The notes beneath the pieces were generated by a model, which worked only from the letters and a program-made list of their open reading frames with translations, made no database searches and was not told the origin of the DNA. A stretch of 64,000 bases of DNA, taken from an uncultured Methanolobus sp. GTDB taxonomy: Archaea > Halobacteriota > Methanosarcinia > Methanosarcinales > Methanosarcinaceae. The stretch lies in the NCBI GenBank assembly GCA_963675495.1, contig OY776215.1:1184001-1248000 (forward strand), read 5' to 3'. This document shows, one piece after another, positions 62,669 to 64,000 of this stretch (positions are counted from its first letter, which is position 1; the number at the start of each line of letters is the position of its first letter). The position numbers and the translations under genes were made by a program.

Positions 62669-63001
62669 TCACTGATTGACCAGCTTGTAAGCGTAGGTAC
62701 CCACAACAGGAACCTTGAACAAAATGCCCCTGTATGCGATTACCACAAATATCAATATCAAAAACAGTGCACCGAATCCAAGGAAATCTGCGATAATCCA
62801 GCCAACATATGGAACCCATCCCACTATGAATATCAATAATGAAAGTGGGAGGAATATAAGTAATGACTGCATTGCATGGAACCTGACGAATTTGTTGTCC
62901 GGTTCTATCAACAGGAAGATTATTCCTGAGATCCAGAATCCCAGATAACTAAGTGCTGCTACAATATTCTCATCCAGGCCTATCTTTGTTTTATATGTCA
63001 T
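62669..63001 (-). CDS. DUF4870-like small membrane protein
   Basis: ENIVAALSY, FVRFHAMQS, FKVPVVG. Confidence 0.8.
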   Translation of the reverse strand: MTYKTKIGLDENIVAALSYLGFWISGIIFLLIEPDNKFVRFHAMQSLLIFLPLSLLIFIVGWVPYVGWIIADFLGFGALFLILIFVVIAYRGILFKVPVVGTYAYKLVNQ

Positions 63002-63005
63002 ATGA

Positions 63006-63806
63006 TCACCTGATAGCAATTGTATTCTGTGGACATTTTTCCACACATATTCCACATGCTGTACATTTTTCCTGATCGATCACCGCAAGGAAATTAGTTA
63101 CCGTTATAGCCTCTTCCGGACAGTTCTTCTCACATATCTTGCATCCGATACAACCCACGGTACAGGATGCTTTTACAGCCTTGCCTTTATCGTGTGACAT
63201 GCAAAGTACGTGAACCTGTTCAGATTCCCTGGCAAACTCAAGAATGTCATTTGGACACGAAGCAATACATAGTCCACAGCTTGTACACAGGTTCTTGTTC
63301 ACATGAGGCAAACGGTCGTCACCAATGGAAAGAGCGTCAAACGGACATGCACGCACGCAGGTTCCCCTGCCCATACATCCATAATTACAGCCTTTTTCCC
63401 CATCTGAGAGCAACATGACAGCCTTACAATCCTCAAAGCCCACGTAATCGAACCGATCAACACAATTAAGACCGCCGTTACACTTGACAAAAGGATACTG
63501 TTCTTCACCTTCTGAGACTTCCTGACCGAGTATACCGCCTATTTCCTTGGCAACATCAAAGCCACCAACCGGACAACCATTGATAGACGCACCTTCATTG
63601 ACCACACGCTCTGCAAAGTCAGCACAGCCTGCATAACCACAGGCACCACAGTTAGCCCCAGGGAGAACTTCCACGATCTCATCAACAAGTGGATTTGTCT
63701 CTACCTTGAACTTCTTTGATGCAACAATGAGCATAACACCAACGGCCAGTCCAAGACCTCCAAGGATGGCTGCAGCCTGTACAAGTAAAGTAACTAAATC
63801 ACTCAT
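63006..63806 (-). CDS. rnfB: Rnf complex subunit B
   Basis: N-terminal TM, LPGANCGACGYAGC, several CxxCxxCxxxCP ferredoxin motifs. Confidence 0.9.
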   Translation of the reverse strand: MSDLVTLLVQAAAILGGLGLAVGVMLIVASKKFKVETNPLVDEIVEVLPGANCGACGYAGCADFAERVVNEGASINGCPVGGFDVAKEIGGILGQEVSEGEEQYPFVKCNGGLNCVDRFDYVGFEDCKAVMLLSDGEKGCNYGCMGRGTCVRACPFDALSIGDDRLPHVNKNLCTSCGLCIASCPNDILEFARESEQVHVLCMSHDKGKAVKASCTVGCIGCKICEKNCPEEAITVTNFLAVIDQEKCTACGICVEKCPQNTIAIR

Positions 63807-64000
63807 ATAGGAATCACCCAGAAGTAATTAACAAAAGCCATCGAAAGCATCGTTGCAATAAAGAATGCCTGTGGAAGTCCCCTGATAGATGAAGGGACAT
63901 TCACAAAGGTCGAACGCTCTCTGATGGCAGCCATCATCAACATCACAATAGTATATCCAAGACCTGCAGCAATCCCAAAAACAACACTCTGAATGAAGTT
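63803..64000 (-). CDS. rnfA: Rnf complex subunit A, 3' part (runs off the window)
   Basis: Manual translation ...GLGYTIVMLMMAAIRER...VPSSIRGLPQAFFIATMLSMAF...*; ATGA overlap with rnfB. Confidence 0.85.
   Translation of the reverse strand, partial: NFIQSVVFGIAAGLGYTIVMLMMAAIRERSTFVNVPSSIRGLPQAFFIATMLSMAFVNYFWVIPI

Overview
Archaeal chromosome segment from a Methanosarcinaceae methanogen, probably a Methanolobus/Methanococcoides-like methylotroph. This is inferred from the rnfA/B genes, archaeal histone, RFC, two zinc-finger RPA operons, KEOPS Cgi121, MEDS/PocR sensor kinases and near-absence of TAG stops. Most genes are housekeeping (pgk, glpX, aldolase, leuS, mtaB, acs/acd, rfcS). The accessory part is a 16-kb cluster of three paralogous giant Ig/cadherin-like-repeat surface proteins (24, 6 and 14 repeats) with PGF-pre-PGF domains but no PGF-CTERM; two share an unusual 'N-x-DGKRYRR' cytoplasmic tail. 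Other points of interest: a membrane-anchored protein with a 222-bp tandem array broken by a 1-bp frameshift; a pair of roughly 50-aa Cys-rich microproteins, one absent from the ORF track; candidate AUU-initiated genes with identical SD geometry; a Cys-rich GAF sensor kinase; an N-terminally truncated kinase; and several putative leader RNA structures. No rRNA, tRNA, CRISPR array or transposase was recognised.
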